Shown: positions 1 through 13,023, counted from the first letter of the stretch. The stretch: 64,000 nt of DNA from Tubulanus polymorphus (GCF_964204645.1 NC_134029.1:20578950-20642949), one strand, 5' to 3'. The notes: generated by a model from the letters alone, not told the origin. Program-made: numbers and translations.

Positions 1-308
1 GGGATAAGGCAATTTACGACGAGTCAAATCCAAACCGAAAGAACCAGCACTCGGTATAAATGTTTCTCCCATGTGGATGAAATCATAATCACATATAATT
101 TCTAACTCAAAACAAGAAAATTATTATCAGTTAAGAATCAGTTATCGCAAACAGATTTCTGGTCTTGACATCTATTGATTTAATTCTAACTATCGTTTTA
201 GGTTTTACTCAATTCGCTATAAATTGAGTTTACCCCTTGGTTCTGAAGTTGTAAGTGATCTTTGATTAGGAACCAGTTTTATCTGATGTTTTTACGTTAA
301 TTTTCCAG

Positions 309-500
309 ACTCCAAAGGAGGGAAGCGCAACGATACTTTACGCGGCATTGTCTCCTGAATGTAGCAGCCGATCTTGTTCTTACTATGACAACTGTACTCG
401 AGTACCTTCATCACCGTTGACCTATGACATTCATTTACAGAATGAGTTGTGGTACCTGAGCCACCATTTAACTCAACTTCATCCAATGGACAAATCATAA
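309..500 (+). CDS. Last coding exon of a short-chain dehydrogenase/reductase (DHRSX/RDH11-14-like); the rest of the gene lies upstream of the window
   Basis: Acceptor ttttccag at 301-308, then TPKEGSATILYAALSPE...YYDNC...PSSPLTYDIHLQNELWYLS...* which matches the typical TPxEGAxTxxYAA...LW C-terminus of this SDR subgroup. Absent from the ORF track because the only in-frame ATG is near its end. Confidence 0.72.
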   Translation, partial: TPKEGSATILYAALSPECSSRSCSYYDNCTRVPSSPLTYDIHLQNELWYLSHHLTQLHPMDKS

Positions 501-1206
501 TGTTTGAGATTTTAGATTTTATACAAGTATTCTTTGTTGTTAATAAAATATATATTAAATTCATCTTTATGCATAGGTCCTTGTTTTTTGTGTGGAAATT
601 AACAAATCATCACGATAGGCTTCATTTATTAATTACCGGGTATGTAAATTTCTTCAGATTTCAACCACAACCTCAACAAATTTTACGGGCTTCTTTTTCC
701 AAGGACAATGTAAACAATTGATCGAACTCCTAAATCATGGAATCTATTCAAACAGGATTCGTTTCTTATAGCTCAAATGCAGCCCGATTTGGAAGATGTG
801 TAAATGTGTGGTTTATAAAGCATATTAATTGGCAGAAAATGTTTCTTTTCAAATCATTAGAATTAACATTTTTGTGGTTTTTTATTTTCTGTGAAAATCG
901 CGTCAAAATACCCACATTGTAGTTTGCATTCTTCTACAATGATATAGACTGCATTTAATCTTTAAGGTAACCTGTATGTAGGTTGAATGAATTGAATGAA
1001 TAACACATCGTGAAAATTGTTGTGAATAAATTATGTGTATTTTCAATTGTAACGTCATGATTCTTATACAAAATATATAACAAGTGTTTAGGGTATTCTA
1101 AAACAACTGGGACGAACCTATAGTTAAACTGACTGTAATTATAAATATCTCTTGAGCAGAAAAACTATTAAGGCAGCACAGGATAAGTTTTATAATCTAA
1201 CCTAAT

Positions 1207-1450
1207 CATGGTTTGTAGCAGTAACGCTTGTTAAGTCAGCACTTTTGGTGCGGAAAAAGTATCACTTTTCTCAGTGAATTGTGCCCGTGATAGACATAGG
1301 AACTGCTCTCATGATTTGTCAAACCAAAACAATAACCTCTGGACAAATCACCTATGTCATTCATTCACTAGGACATGTGTTAATTGCCCGGCCGAGCTGA
1401 ACAAATTTTTTCCCAAAAAGTAGCACTAAGTTTACTCGCTACAAACTATG
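1207..1450. mobile_element. Non-autonomous DNA element (MITE-like)
   Basis: Terminal inverted repeats catggtttgtagcagtaa / ttactcgctacaaactatg; ctaat present on both flanks (5-bp direct repeat). Confidence 0.55.
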
Positions 1451-1896
1451 CTAATTTGGCACCCTACATAGGTGCAGAAATACTGTGAAAAACAATAGCT
1501 GTTTTACACAGTTCAGATCATTAGTGATATTCAGCAGTAAATACATAGTATTCAAAACTGCTATAGACCAGTCAGTCTCGCAGTCTGCCAAATTAAGAAG
1601 TCAAAGTTTATAGGTGACACCTAAAATGTGTTAAAATGTGCCATACATGATGCCAGATTTTTTTCTAATAATTTAGAATGTGACCAAAAAGTCGAGATAT
1701 AGAACGTTACAAAAATCTATCTGCCAAGAAATGTCTTTTATAAACGCTTCGAAGATCTTTAAAATGACCTTTTCTCGCACATGGCACATAGTCTGCCAAA
1801 CCGGAGCTTTGAGTCGTATTATGACATAGATACGTGAAATGACGATCATATTTGACTAAGGAGCTTAAAAACTTTTTCACGATCAACTGCTGATAA

Positions 1897-4242
1897 TCAC
1901 CACCTATCGCTCCAAACCGGACGCCGATCGACCCGCGGTTTCGCGCTGACGGGCCTCCGACTCCGGGCGCTGCTCACGTTACTGTTAATGCTACAAACGC
2001 TGCGAGTTCTATTTTTGTCCGATAATAAAAGCGTATTTTCTCTATCCGTATCCGTTCCGTCTTGTTGATATATCGGAAATGGCAGACCGTACGTCATGCG
2101 ATCGTGATAGTCTCGCAACATTCTCTCGCGCGATATCTCTTTCGTCGGTTTAACCTTTTGCAATCGATTCAAAAATTTCTGTAAGACAAAAACGTGAAAC
2201 TCTTTTAAGGCTGTGCAAAGAATCGTTCCTAAGACCTTTAAAAAGAGGGATAGCGTGTACTTTAGGTCAATGTGAAATTTAACACATTCGCTTGTAATTC
2301 TGACAGCAGGGGTCAGTTCCGTAGTAGAGAGCAAAGGTTGACAATGTAACAGCTTCAGTGCCAACTGGCAAATGGGGGGGGGGGGGGTGGCACTGTAAGC
2401 AACAAAAAAAGGAAATCCGTACAGCAAACTCAGCCTTATTAGGTGGTGTTTGGAATTTCAATTATTCACACCGAACTGAGAATCTGGGAAAAAGAGGCTT
2501 TTTCCAAATCAATCTTATTCTTAATTCTTTCCCCAATTCAGATTTTTCACAAATAAATCTTCAGTATATTTGGAGTTGGCCGGTACCCAGTTAGGCTGTC
2601 GACTGTAATATCAAAGTAGGCCTATGTGAAACTTACCAGATTTTCCTCTTCAATTTTTTTCTGTTCTCGCTGTCTGTTAATGGCCGAATGACTGAGTCGT
2701 TTAAACGACGGATTTTTAGCCGACGACGCGCGCGGTTTTTTCGGCGTCAGTCGATGTAACAAGCGTTCGTTTTCGCGTTCGATTTCCAATTCGCGGCCGC
2801 GACTGAACGAGTAATTCGATTTTTTACGCTGTTTTTCGGGAATAAACAAAACGCGTCGATTCGGATTTTGAACGCGTTCCTTATCCAATTCCAAAACGGC
2901 TTCCATCAAAACTTGCAAGTCCATTTTTTCTTTTTCGATCTCTTCGACGTTTTTACCGTTCGGCAGTTTTTTCTGGTACTGCACGAAATCTTTATGCGTC
3001 ACCGGACTTTTCGGCGGTTTTTTATCGAGGCTATTTTTTCGCTCGCGCGTACCGTTTTTTTTAGCCGCGCGATCCGGCGAAGTCGTCGGACTTCGATTCG
3101 GCGAGGCGAGCGGGGAAACGTCCGTCATGTCGCTATCGTCAGAAAGTTCCGAGCCCGAATGATCGGAAGCCGAACTGGAACCCGAATAATCGTAGTCGTC
3201 CTTCGTAGATTTTTCCTCGTCGATTTCCTCGTTCGAAACGGTCGGGATTTGTACGATCGGCTCGTCGGAGCCGCTACGAGAAGATTTCTTACTCGGAGCG
3301 CTGTGCTCCGGAGAAGAGTCCGATTGAGATTTTACAGCGGATGGAGACGAATCTCTCGAACGAGATCGCGACCGAGATGAAGCGGACGACGATCGACTCG
3401 ACGATGATCGGGAGTCGCCGCCGCTGCTGCTGCTCGACGATCGCGAAGAGGATCGAGATGAATTCGAAGATCTGGACCGTTTTTGCCGTTTACCGCCATC
3501 GTCATCACCCGATAATTCATCGGTCTCGGAATCTAAAATAAAACAACAATTTCAATAATGACATCGCCGACGAGGTGTAAAACGTTGAAACTACTGATTA
3601 CTGATGTAATTAATGAATTTCCAAAGCATCAAATTTCTAGGATTCTAGGCTAGCCTGAAAACCAAACGATGCACAGGTTCCCCTACCGTCCCTGTTTGGG
3701 AAAAACTAGTTGCTACCTTCATCATCAGACATTGTCATGGATGAAATGAAGGCCTGGCCCTGAATCATTATGCAATTGGGCTATCAGCAATTTAGATAGT
3801 CAGTAACCTGTCTGTGGTTTAGTTTCACGATTGGATATTTTCACAAACCACATCTTGGTATAAGCCCATCCGATTATAAAAAGCTTACCACCAACGATTA
3901 GGTAACTAACTACAATTTAGAAGGTGTTGTTCAAACGCCTTGTTCAAATTGCGAAAAATGTTTACCTATTCTATTATTCATCGACCCTTTATCATCTTTG
4001 TCAGTATTTCCAATAATTTTTGATTGCTGTTCTGATTTCACTGAATCTGTCATAACTGTTTCAGTTTTATCGTCGTTATCTTCTGGATTTGATTTTTCAG
4101 CAGCAGCATCATCAGAATGTTCTTGCAAAATATCAGATGTATCATCGATTTTTTTGGCAGTTACAACTTTCGACGTCCTGGGTGACTCGAAAAAATCATG
4201 GTCGACACTACCCCGTAACGCTGGGTCGATTTCTGAAGACAT
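1897..4242 (-). CDS. CFAP97: Cilia- and flagella-associated protein 97 (KIAA1430/hemingway family); 3 coding exons at about 4242-3966, 3533-2637 and 2179-1897
   Basis: N-terminal VDHDFFES motif, long S/D/R-rich low-complexity middle, and C-terminal NYSFS...EIERENERLLHRL...SHSAINRQREQKKIEEENL|KFLNRLQKVKPT domain; GT-AG junctions. Confidence 0.85.
3797..3912 (+). mobile_element. 116-bp MITE, family A (9-bp TSD, Mutator-like), copy 1
   Basis: Ends tagtcagtaacct / aggtaactaacta; perfect 9-bp flanking duplication caatttaga; three more copies in the window. Confidence 0.85.
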
Positions 4243-4526
4243 TTCGTCTATTTACGCGTCGCTTTTGGAAAGTATTTACTGGGAAAAGGTCGAAATATCT
4301 CCCTTGACAACCGGAAATATGGAGTAAATAACAGCCTACGATTCAATCGCATCGGTCTCCGGTAGAAAATGATTTTATTTTGACTAACTACGAGCTTCAT
4401 ACTCGGCTGGTTTTCGTGCATTGCTTCTAACCTTATACTTACAGCGCCATCTATCGAGGATTTGGCATGCGGCAAATTTGAAGACGACTTGCACAGGGCC
4501 TTAAGACAGGTAAATTAGGACATTTC

Positions 4527-4642
4527 GGTATGACTGCAGTTTAGGTGTCCCTAATGGTTATGTACCTAACCTTACCATAACACTATTCTTTAGTAACACT
4601 AGCGCCACCCAGTGGATAGGTGACCCAAACTGCAGTTAGACC
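4527..4642. mobile_element. Small inverted-repeat element
   Basis: ggtatgactgcagtttagg at the left end pairs imperfectly with cccaaactgcagttagacc at the right end. Confidence 0.5.
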
Positions 4643-4694
4643 CCATAGTTGGATATTTCCAATTTTTAGTTGAAGCAAAAAGTTACATTTTAAC

Positions 4695-5115
4695 AGGCGC
4701 TTTTACGAAATTGAATCTGATTCGGGTACCCTGATTCGATTTAGCTAAATCCGATTCGATGTCGGAAAACAAAAGGTTTAGTAAATCGAATCGTGTTTCG
4801 TAAATGAGTCAAATCAATTTATCAATTTAAAGGTCGCGATTCGAAAGAAAATGGGCGTCAATGGTGACCGAATTATTGATGAATGATGGTCTGCAATAGA
4901 TGTCTTTAGCCCGCGGTCGAAGAGGACGCCATGTTGGATTTCACTGACTAAATTGCCACTAACTTGCTCGCCGAGCAAGTTAGTCGATTTAATAAATCAA
5001 TTTACTAAACCGCGTCCATAAACGAGTTGATTTACCAAATCGGATTCACTAAACCACGTGCTGTAAACGTGAAACTTAAATCGATTTACAAAGATTCAGT
5101 TTCGTAAAAGCGCCT
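4695..5115. mobile_element. 421-bp MITE with about 23-bp TIRs and a 3-bp TSD (PIF/Harbinger-like)
   Basis: aggcgcttttacgaaattgaatc ... gattcagtttcgtaaaagcgcct; aac on both flanks; internal subterminal repeats such as tttactaaaccg. Confidence 0.8.
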
Positions 5116-5393
5116 AACGTTACATACCAAATTTTTTTGATCATGTTTATTACTGAAATTAAACATTTTACACTATTAGTCACAAACCTTCCTAGTTATG
5201 AGTTAGGATAGTTATGTACTGGGTTACTTACGGCTAAGTAATTAGCGTCAAGTGGTAACAAGCGTCAACGAGTTCGGATTCGCTAATCACAAATCCTTGA
5301 GTCGTCCTTCTTAAGGACCCGACTGAATTTTAGACGATTCAACTTATTTTTTTCAGTAAATGATAGTAGCAGCGATATATTGCGTAATCCATT

Positions 5394-8300
5394 ATGACTA
5401 CGATCTCTAAACGTAAGCGACAACCCAAAATGGGTACGAGGACCCCTGATCCTGCCGGAAGAAGAAAGAATTTTTTCCAGGTGTTCTGTAACCAAGAATA
5501 TTCGCATATCGCCGCCCGTTATCCGTTTCTAACGCCTTCTCAAATTCGAAAAAAATTGGCTACTCAATGGTCAAACGATAAGAAAAATAAAATTGGGTAA
5601 GTGAAGGAATTGAAAATCCCGGGTTGACCCTTTACAATACGCCTAAATGGGTATAGGTTCAATTATTTTTTAATTATAATCCCTATCAAAAGATGGCAGC
5701 ACCTGTCAAACACTTAAGTATATTTGTAACTAAGGTACACCGCACTGCAGTGTAGAGACGCACTTTAGATGTATGCAAAGCACTTAAAAAAATCCACGAC
5801 TTTAGGATAAGAATTTTGGTTAGCACTGAAATCATTGAATCGGAAAGTTGTTTGATAAACTTATAGGTTCTATTGATACATTTCAGTCTGTTCTCTCCGG
5901 GAACAAAAAATGACGATAAGAAAATGAAAGACTCTCCGCTGTGGCAGGCGAAACAAAAAATCAAGAAGTTTAACCAAGGATCAGTATTCGATTTCGCTGG
6001 TTCGCCAAAAAAACTGGACCATTCCGCAGTCATTCCGTCGTTTGATTTGGACAACAATGAGTTACCGCTGGATTCAAGTTCGATGAAAGTCAACAAAAAT
6101 TCGTTAAATACTTATAAAGATATCAAAAAGAAAACCCGGAAACGAAATGTCGAGAATAGCGGAGTCAAAATCAAGGCGAAACTGATGTCGAGAAAAAGTA
6201 AGATAAAAAAATACAGCGACGATACAGTTTATGACTACAGTATTGAGGATTCGCCAGAAATAGCGTCCTCATCAGCAGCGAGAATTTACCAGAAAACATA
6301 CACCAAACAACCTCGAAAACCCTGCATTCAAAACAACACCTATGCAACGAAAAATGTCAAAAGTATTCTCTCCAGGTAAACATTTCAAGTTTGATTTCCG
6401 GTATTTTCAATCGATCTCCTCTCATTCAGTTAATAGGATTAAAACATTCATTTACAAATTTTGAAAGGCAAATTAAGCAAGATTAATTTACGGGTAACAG
6501 AATTTCAGAGGACACAACATTTTGGAATCTCTCTAGAGGCCATTGTCGTGAGAGAGTCTGAAAAGTCATGTCTGATTTTCGAAATATGTTATAAATATAG
6601 CTTTTAACCTTTCAAGATTTATGTGTGTTTGTCGGTTATGAGTGTACAGGCAATTCCTGCATTGATTGTATTTGTTTGTGGTTTATTTAGGGATAGACGC
6701 AGCACGGGTCGGGTTAAATTCGGTGATAAAGACGTGACGTCTACGTTCACCTACACGCCTCAACCATCTCAGAACACGCTGTCATCGATATCATCGGATC
6801 GTACAGGTTCGTGAATCGACTTATTATCTTTCACCATTTGTCTCACGAATAAATATGATCTCCACGAGTGATTGTTTAGAGGGGTTGCAATGCCTTTCAC
6901 TTTTTAAAAGTACGGAGGGGAGGATGTAAATTTTACCGTAAACCAGCGGCCCTTATGAAATGTCTGTTGCCCCTCAATATATTAAACTGATATAAATTCT
7001 CTCAATTGCGTCGTAAACTTATGAGTAAATAAGAAATAATGGATTACAACAAAATAAAGCAAAATTTTCTATATATTTTTTGTGACACCAAAAGCTGTAA
7101 CAGCCACAAACAGCAATCACTGAATGATGAATACAGGCATACAGCCCCTCTAAAGGCTGCTGGATTTTTAGATAGTGGTCAAACTGCTTCTATTCCTTTG
7201 TCTGCAATGCATTACACAAACTAATTCTTACTAACTCACATAAGTTATATTGCTCAAGTGTATTCTATTCGGTCACACACATTCTTACTCCTGACCGGTA
7301 AATATTCTTACCATTTTCATTTAGCGAGTGCCGAATTAGAGAAAGGAGAATGGTGGAAAAGACGCCCAACCGATGTTCCTGCGAAGGCCGAAAGTTTCGA
7401 CGGTTACAGCGTGTATAAAGGATGTATCGAGCCGTGCACGTCACGATTGCAACAGCAGGACGATGAAAACGACGAGTGTTATTTCACGGATGAAGATAGT
7501 GTCGAGGAAATCGACCAGGGGGAGCCATCATCAACTGCGCGTCAGGCGGAGCAGACAGATTCGAGTACGAAGAAAAAAGATGTTGCCGTATGTAAAGCTG
7601 AGAGTTGCAGTTACGGAAGTAAAATAATCTTATCCGGCGGTTTACATATCGAAGTGGACGCCGATGAAACGACTCGATCTGTCGATAACGCTTTTTTGTC
7701 GCCGAGTCCGAAGAATTTATCGTCGTCGTCGACGACGGAGGAGGAAGAATTCGACGACGGAGAAATTTCGTTCAAATTGTCTCAAGAATCGATGTCGTTG
7801 TTCGACGATGATTTCATCAACGGTTCCGCCGCGTCAGAGAGCAGCAATCGCGATTCACCTCGCGGCGGCGACGACGTGCGGCGCAGTAGCCGGCCGAAGA
7901 AGGCTAATACGTTGTATACGAATCCGGATTTTATTACCGCCGATTATCGAGCGAAGCGTTCGCCTTTTGCTTCGGGAAAACCGTCCGTTAAACGCGCCGC
8001 GCAGATCGATCGAAAACCGACTGCGAATAAAATACCGTCGGTAAATCAATCGGATCGTCCGAATCAAGAGCTAAGCGGTCAAGATCTTTTCTCAGCGCGA
8101 AAGATCATCAGAGATGATGAAAGGTTTGGGGCGAATGGCGATCAATCGCGTTGCACAAAGTCGGACGAGAACAAACCGTCGTTCGCTGGTGAAAGAAAGA
8201 CAAAGAAATTGAAAATATTTCAAATTGAGAAATCGAACGGCGAAGCCGAACTGAAAACGAATGCAGTTGATCGGATGTTTGAAGATGAAGGCGGTACCAT

Positions 8301-9094
8301 TCCAGGTTCGCTCCACGGAGTTACGGATGCGACCGTAGAGAACGTTGAAGATTTGACGAAAGCAACAGAAGCGACGGCGCCGAAGACGATGTTGACAATA
8401 GTTGCTGAAGTTCATAGCAGCAACGAGAATCACTCAACGAGTAGGATAACACAAAAGGTATTGTTTATAGATTATTGAGTTGATAATACTCTCAGAAAAA
8501 AGTTTCTATATGTAGTATACATAATATATTAACCTGTGCCTAGATCCCATATGGAATTAATTGGTATTTTATTCAATACAGTGTACAGACAAAAGTTTAA
8601 CATGAAACATCCTTTGAGAAAATTGCCTAAATTCTTCCTATTTGAATTCTTATCGTTTTAGCCCATAATGCGTAGCAGTTCTAGTAACGAGAATTCACCG
8701 CAACTTTCCGAAAATGAGTTCAAGTGGAGTAATGTTGCGACAACAGCGACTGACGAGGTATATTGACTTCGTTGAAAAATAACTTATCGACGTAAAATTG
8801 TTATCGGTTTGAAAACTACCTGTGTTATGTAATCCAAGCTAAAATATTGTTATTGTCTCATTAGATTCAGTACTTAACTGATGGAGCTCTGTGTGACATG
8901 TTTCAAGTACCAGCTACCAGAAAATCTGCGAGGTAAATTGCTGGTTTGAACAAGATAAGCACATTGTATTGAGCTTTGAATTTACTCTTATCTCTTCCTA
9001 CTTATTGTATTTATATAGATTGGTGTCCAGTGGACGAATATCAAATAGGGATGCATACAGTCATTGGTTGACTGGAGACGACTTCTTCCTGTAG
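5394..9094 (+). CDS. Uncharacterised multi-exon protein with an HMG-box-like N-terminus and a long disordered S/D/E/K-rich body; exons about 5394-5596, 5887-6375, 6691-6787, 7325-8457, 8661-8757, 8865-8932, 9020-9094
   Basis: Exon 1 gives RRKNFFQVFCNQEYSHIAARYPFLTPSQIRKKLATQW, the spacing of an HMG-box helix pattern; long ORFs 5873-6379 and 7258-8478 carry canonical splice sites; ends ...HWLTGDDFFL*. Confidence 0.6.
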
Positions 9095-10946
9095 ACTTTG
9101 TTTACCGAGTTATACCGAAAAAAGCAGCCCTGCATTTTTAACCCTAAGCCGGGCAATAGTTTGATTTGTTGGTTACATTTTAATTGATACGATGTACTTA
9201 TCATTGCAAAATATTAAATTTTATCCAGCCAATGCCTGAGCGAATGCTTGATACGGCATTAACACTGCATTTATCGTAATTGTAACAAAGGAAAGAAACC
9301 TTTAGTGGAAGGTAAAATCTGAAACTTTTCCTTGAGTTATAGTTTATTAGCCTACTTGGGACTTTAGTCCCAGCAAGCTATTGCGTTCACTTTTGTCCGC
9401 CCATAGACGGGATCCAGTTATTTTGGAAAGTTTTAAAGACACTTCAATAATTGGTACCTAGGCATATTTTGTTAGTTGTTGTTTTATAGTTATCACAATC
9501 AATTGCAAAATTGTAGTTTATGACATATTCTATGATTCTATGGTTTTTGTATAGGGTCACCAGGGGGCGTAAGATATTGAAGTTGTTTGTTGAGCATTTG
9601 AAACCACTTCCCAAGTGGGCAAGTGGTGTCCCTGGACCCCTAGTTATTTGGAGGAGGGTGCGTTACTTGTAATTTGCAAAACTAAGTATTCCATACATAC
9701 CGTACATGTATTAGTAGTAAACGAAGTAAATTTCTCCAAAACTCGCTAGCTTCGCTTGATAAACTTACCAAAAAATAAGTGTAAGATTTGTAAGAAGAAT
9801 CGACTGGCACCGAGCATGGGGAACTTACTGAAATGTTGACATTCATATCCGTTATCGAAAGATGGTTTATGTAATCCGTAATTCATTCAAAAATTCCAAA
9901 TGAATTGTTTTAATATTTGATCGTAGTGAATATCGATTTATGATGTTGTATTTTTCTAATTATTTTTAACGCTTCTTGTTAATCCATTAAATAGGTTTTA
10001 TATCACGTAGTTACAATATAATAATTGTATTCAACAGATATTTCACGTGGCTTTTGTTTATTTCTATCGCATTGATTTTCTCGGAAGAGGATTCAAAAAT
10101 CCGCCATAATTCCATTTTTAGAATGCAGTTGCTTAAAAGGTGGTTGAAAACCAGCAGCTAGTTGACATAGTTATAATTGAAATTGCATTGTAACCATGGT
10201 ATTTTGTCCACAACCTTGGAGTCACCAAATAATTACACCAAGCTGTAAACAACTTTCGAGCAACTGGCCCAAGATAAATACCACGGAATCAGTTCGTTTG
10301 AAACCAGATCCCACTAACCACTGACTAGTCGTATACACTGGAACCTCGTTATCGGTTATTACAAATCTAGAATTTTGTTTCAAATACGACAATTTAATCA
10401 TACTGGATATGATAACAAACAGATTTCCCAATTCCCTGGAGGTCATAACTGGTGGTAGCTCTGTACAATACTAATCCCTGTCAATTGTAGATAAATAAAT
10501 CTAATTATGGGACTTTTACATTTGAACAATGACTTGAATAACTCGCCCCAGCTTATAACCTACATATTCAAAACTATGAAGTAACCCATGGGGTTCCCAG
10601 AACTGGTCGAGCCCAATCCACGTCACCTGCCTAAGTATAAGAAAGACAACATATGGAATTGACATAATGTTATATAATTTTATTTACATCAAAATACGTG
10701 TATCACATGTCCATGTACGGAACTAACTTGCACACGCTAACATTTCCACTGTTAGTTTATCTCCTCTCGAAAGACCCTTACGTTAAATGATTCACGCTTT
10801 ATAGACTACGGACATGTATCCCCCCTATTCTCTTAGGAAGCGTTCACTGGAGGAACCATTTCAATACACGAATGCATAATCCAGCAGAGTCACAAGGTAT
10901 CTTAATTAGACATGAATCGACCTCGTTCGTTATCGTTTGATATCGA

Positions 10947-13023
10947 TCATTTTTTAGAAGTACCAAATCCTGAAAATCCCATCAACGAAGCCATATCCGG
11001 ATCGTCCACGTCATCTAACGAATCATCTGCTTTTCGCTTTCTTTCCTTTCGTTTTTCTTTTCTGTACGACTTCTGTTTTTCCTCCTAAAAGTGATAAGCG
11101 ATATTGGATGATGGAATTTACATGAAGACCCAGACATATACAGCATAGCCTCTTTAAATCAACCTTCGATTGATATAACCAACCTAAGATTTCACCCCCA
11201 AAAAAAAGGAAAATTTTCATAAGTTCACACTGAATATAAGTTAACAAACTATTTTCTAATGAAATAATTTTCTGGTCTCCTGAAGTTCGTTGTTACGAGG
11301 TTCCGCTGCATATATACGAATAGATTTTTCGGGATTAATTTTAATTACCTCCTCTCGAAGTTCCTTCATTCTTTCGGTGAAATCGTAATCTTTTTTCTTT
11401 TCTTCCTTTTTCTTTTTGTTCATTTCGAATCGACGTTTTACTTGATCGAGCGTCGACCGTTCGACTTTCATCGACATACCGAGATTTCTTTGATCTGAAA
11501 AAGAAGTCGCATTTTTTTCGATAACGCACCCTTGATATTGGAATTTACCTTTAGACAGTCTATGAGGTATTTTATAAAAACCCACAATAGTGATGAAACA
11601 ATGACAAACTGTAAATTCATCTTGTTTTCCAGATGTTTCCGGGAAGAATTCTTCCAATCTTCGCGGTTGATTCAAAGTCTTTCAAATGAACTCTGAATTT
11701 TGAAAATCAATAATGTTCATTTTGAAAATGAATAATCATCAATTATTGACAAGAATAAACTGAAGTTTTTTGATTTTTATTCCTAACTTCAGAAAATCAG
11801 AATTTATAGCCATTGTTTTAGCAACACTATTGTGGGTTTTCAAATACTATGCATCTTTGATACCATAACGGAAATTTGGTGTTCCGGGAAGAAACCTTAC
11901 GTTTTTTTCCATTAATGTGATCCAAGAAATTAATGGAATCTTTAACCACACAGTCGCATACATTGCAGTAGTATCTGAAATTTTATGAGAAATATTTCTG
12001 TAGAAATTAATGATCAGAAAACAGACTTGAATCCAAAAATCTGGGACGAGCTGCTCAAAAGTTGGTTTAAGTTATCGGGGGTAACCAGTGGTAAGTTGAC
12101 ATGGTGAAAATGAAAACTTCATTAACACCATAGTAATCATCTGCTGAATTATTGTAACCAACTTTTGAGCAACTGAGCCCTGGCCATAGATACACAACTA
12201 CATAACAATATGGAGTCTTGAACCTACAATTCAAAACATTGATGAGTTAGAATTTATAAAAAGCCCAGAATTTTCAGTTTTACACTAAAAACCATTTTCA
12301 AGGAAATCAAAAACAAATGTTTGATTTTGAGAAGCTAGTTATCAATTTCTAGCGCTCTTCATTTACATTGATAACTCCTTCGAAATGATCATTTTGCAAA
12401 AAACTCACCCTCCTTGTTCTGATGCAGGCGTAGTCTTCGTAATAACAGTAGACCTGTTGAGTTTAGATTCGAGATCGACCTAAAATTGTGAAAAACATTC
12501 CATGATATCGGATTTATATGTCGATTTATTGATCCACTTCGACCAAATTCCTACGATAAAATTTCACCTTATAATCTCGAGGTTTCAGTAGTTCACGTTT
12601 GACGGGTTCTGGATAGCTGTTTTTGCCTTCAAGCTTTTCAAATTCTTCTTCAATTTTCTTTTGGGCAATCCTCTCAAATTCCTCTGGATCCCATTTCCTC
12701 CTGTGGTCATCAATTTTCTGAAGTGAAAGGTGTAAAATAAATACTCCATTTATTTAGACTCAATTAATGCCTAGAGTGAGCAGATAAAGGAATATCTTGG
12801 TATTTTGTTGTTGTGAACAATTTAAACACAGACTATTCATTCAAGTTTTTAAAACTTCCAATAACTATCCTGACTTTGTGGAAAGGGTAAAGGACATCGA
12901 AATCATTGCAATTGATATGTAAACATAAGCCAAAACTAATGAGACGTTTCCTACTACGAAAATCATTCATTTAACAGTAAAAATGAGATTAAAACTGGAA
13001 AAACTTACTACTGAATAAGCCAT
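10947..13023 (-). CDS. ZMAT2: Zinc finger matrin-type protein 2 (Snu23, spliceosomal B complex)
   Basis: Spliced protein contains [72 protein letters not shown] and ends [11 protein letters not shown]. Confidence 0.93.
11570..11850. mobile_element. Foldback/MITE remnant in a ZMAT2 intron
   Basis: aaaacccacaatagtg...aaacaatg...taaattc is inverted at gaatttatagccattgtttt...cactattgtgggtttt; the aaaacccacaata motif recurs at about 54540. Confidence 0.5.
12043..12180. mobile_element. MITE in a ZMAT2 intron
   Basis: TIR core gctcaaaagttggtt / aaccaacttttgagc with ggg...ccc ends. Confidence 0.65.

Noticed and set aside
2868-3541. Arg-rich plus-strand ORFs (170 aa and 66 aa)
   Set aside because: Antisense shadows of the GC-rich CFAP97 exon 2; no recognisable domain.
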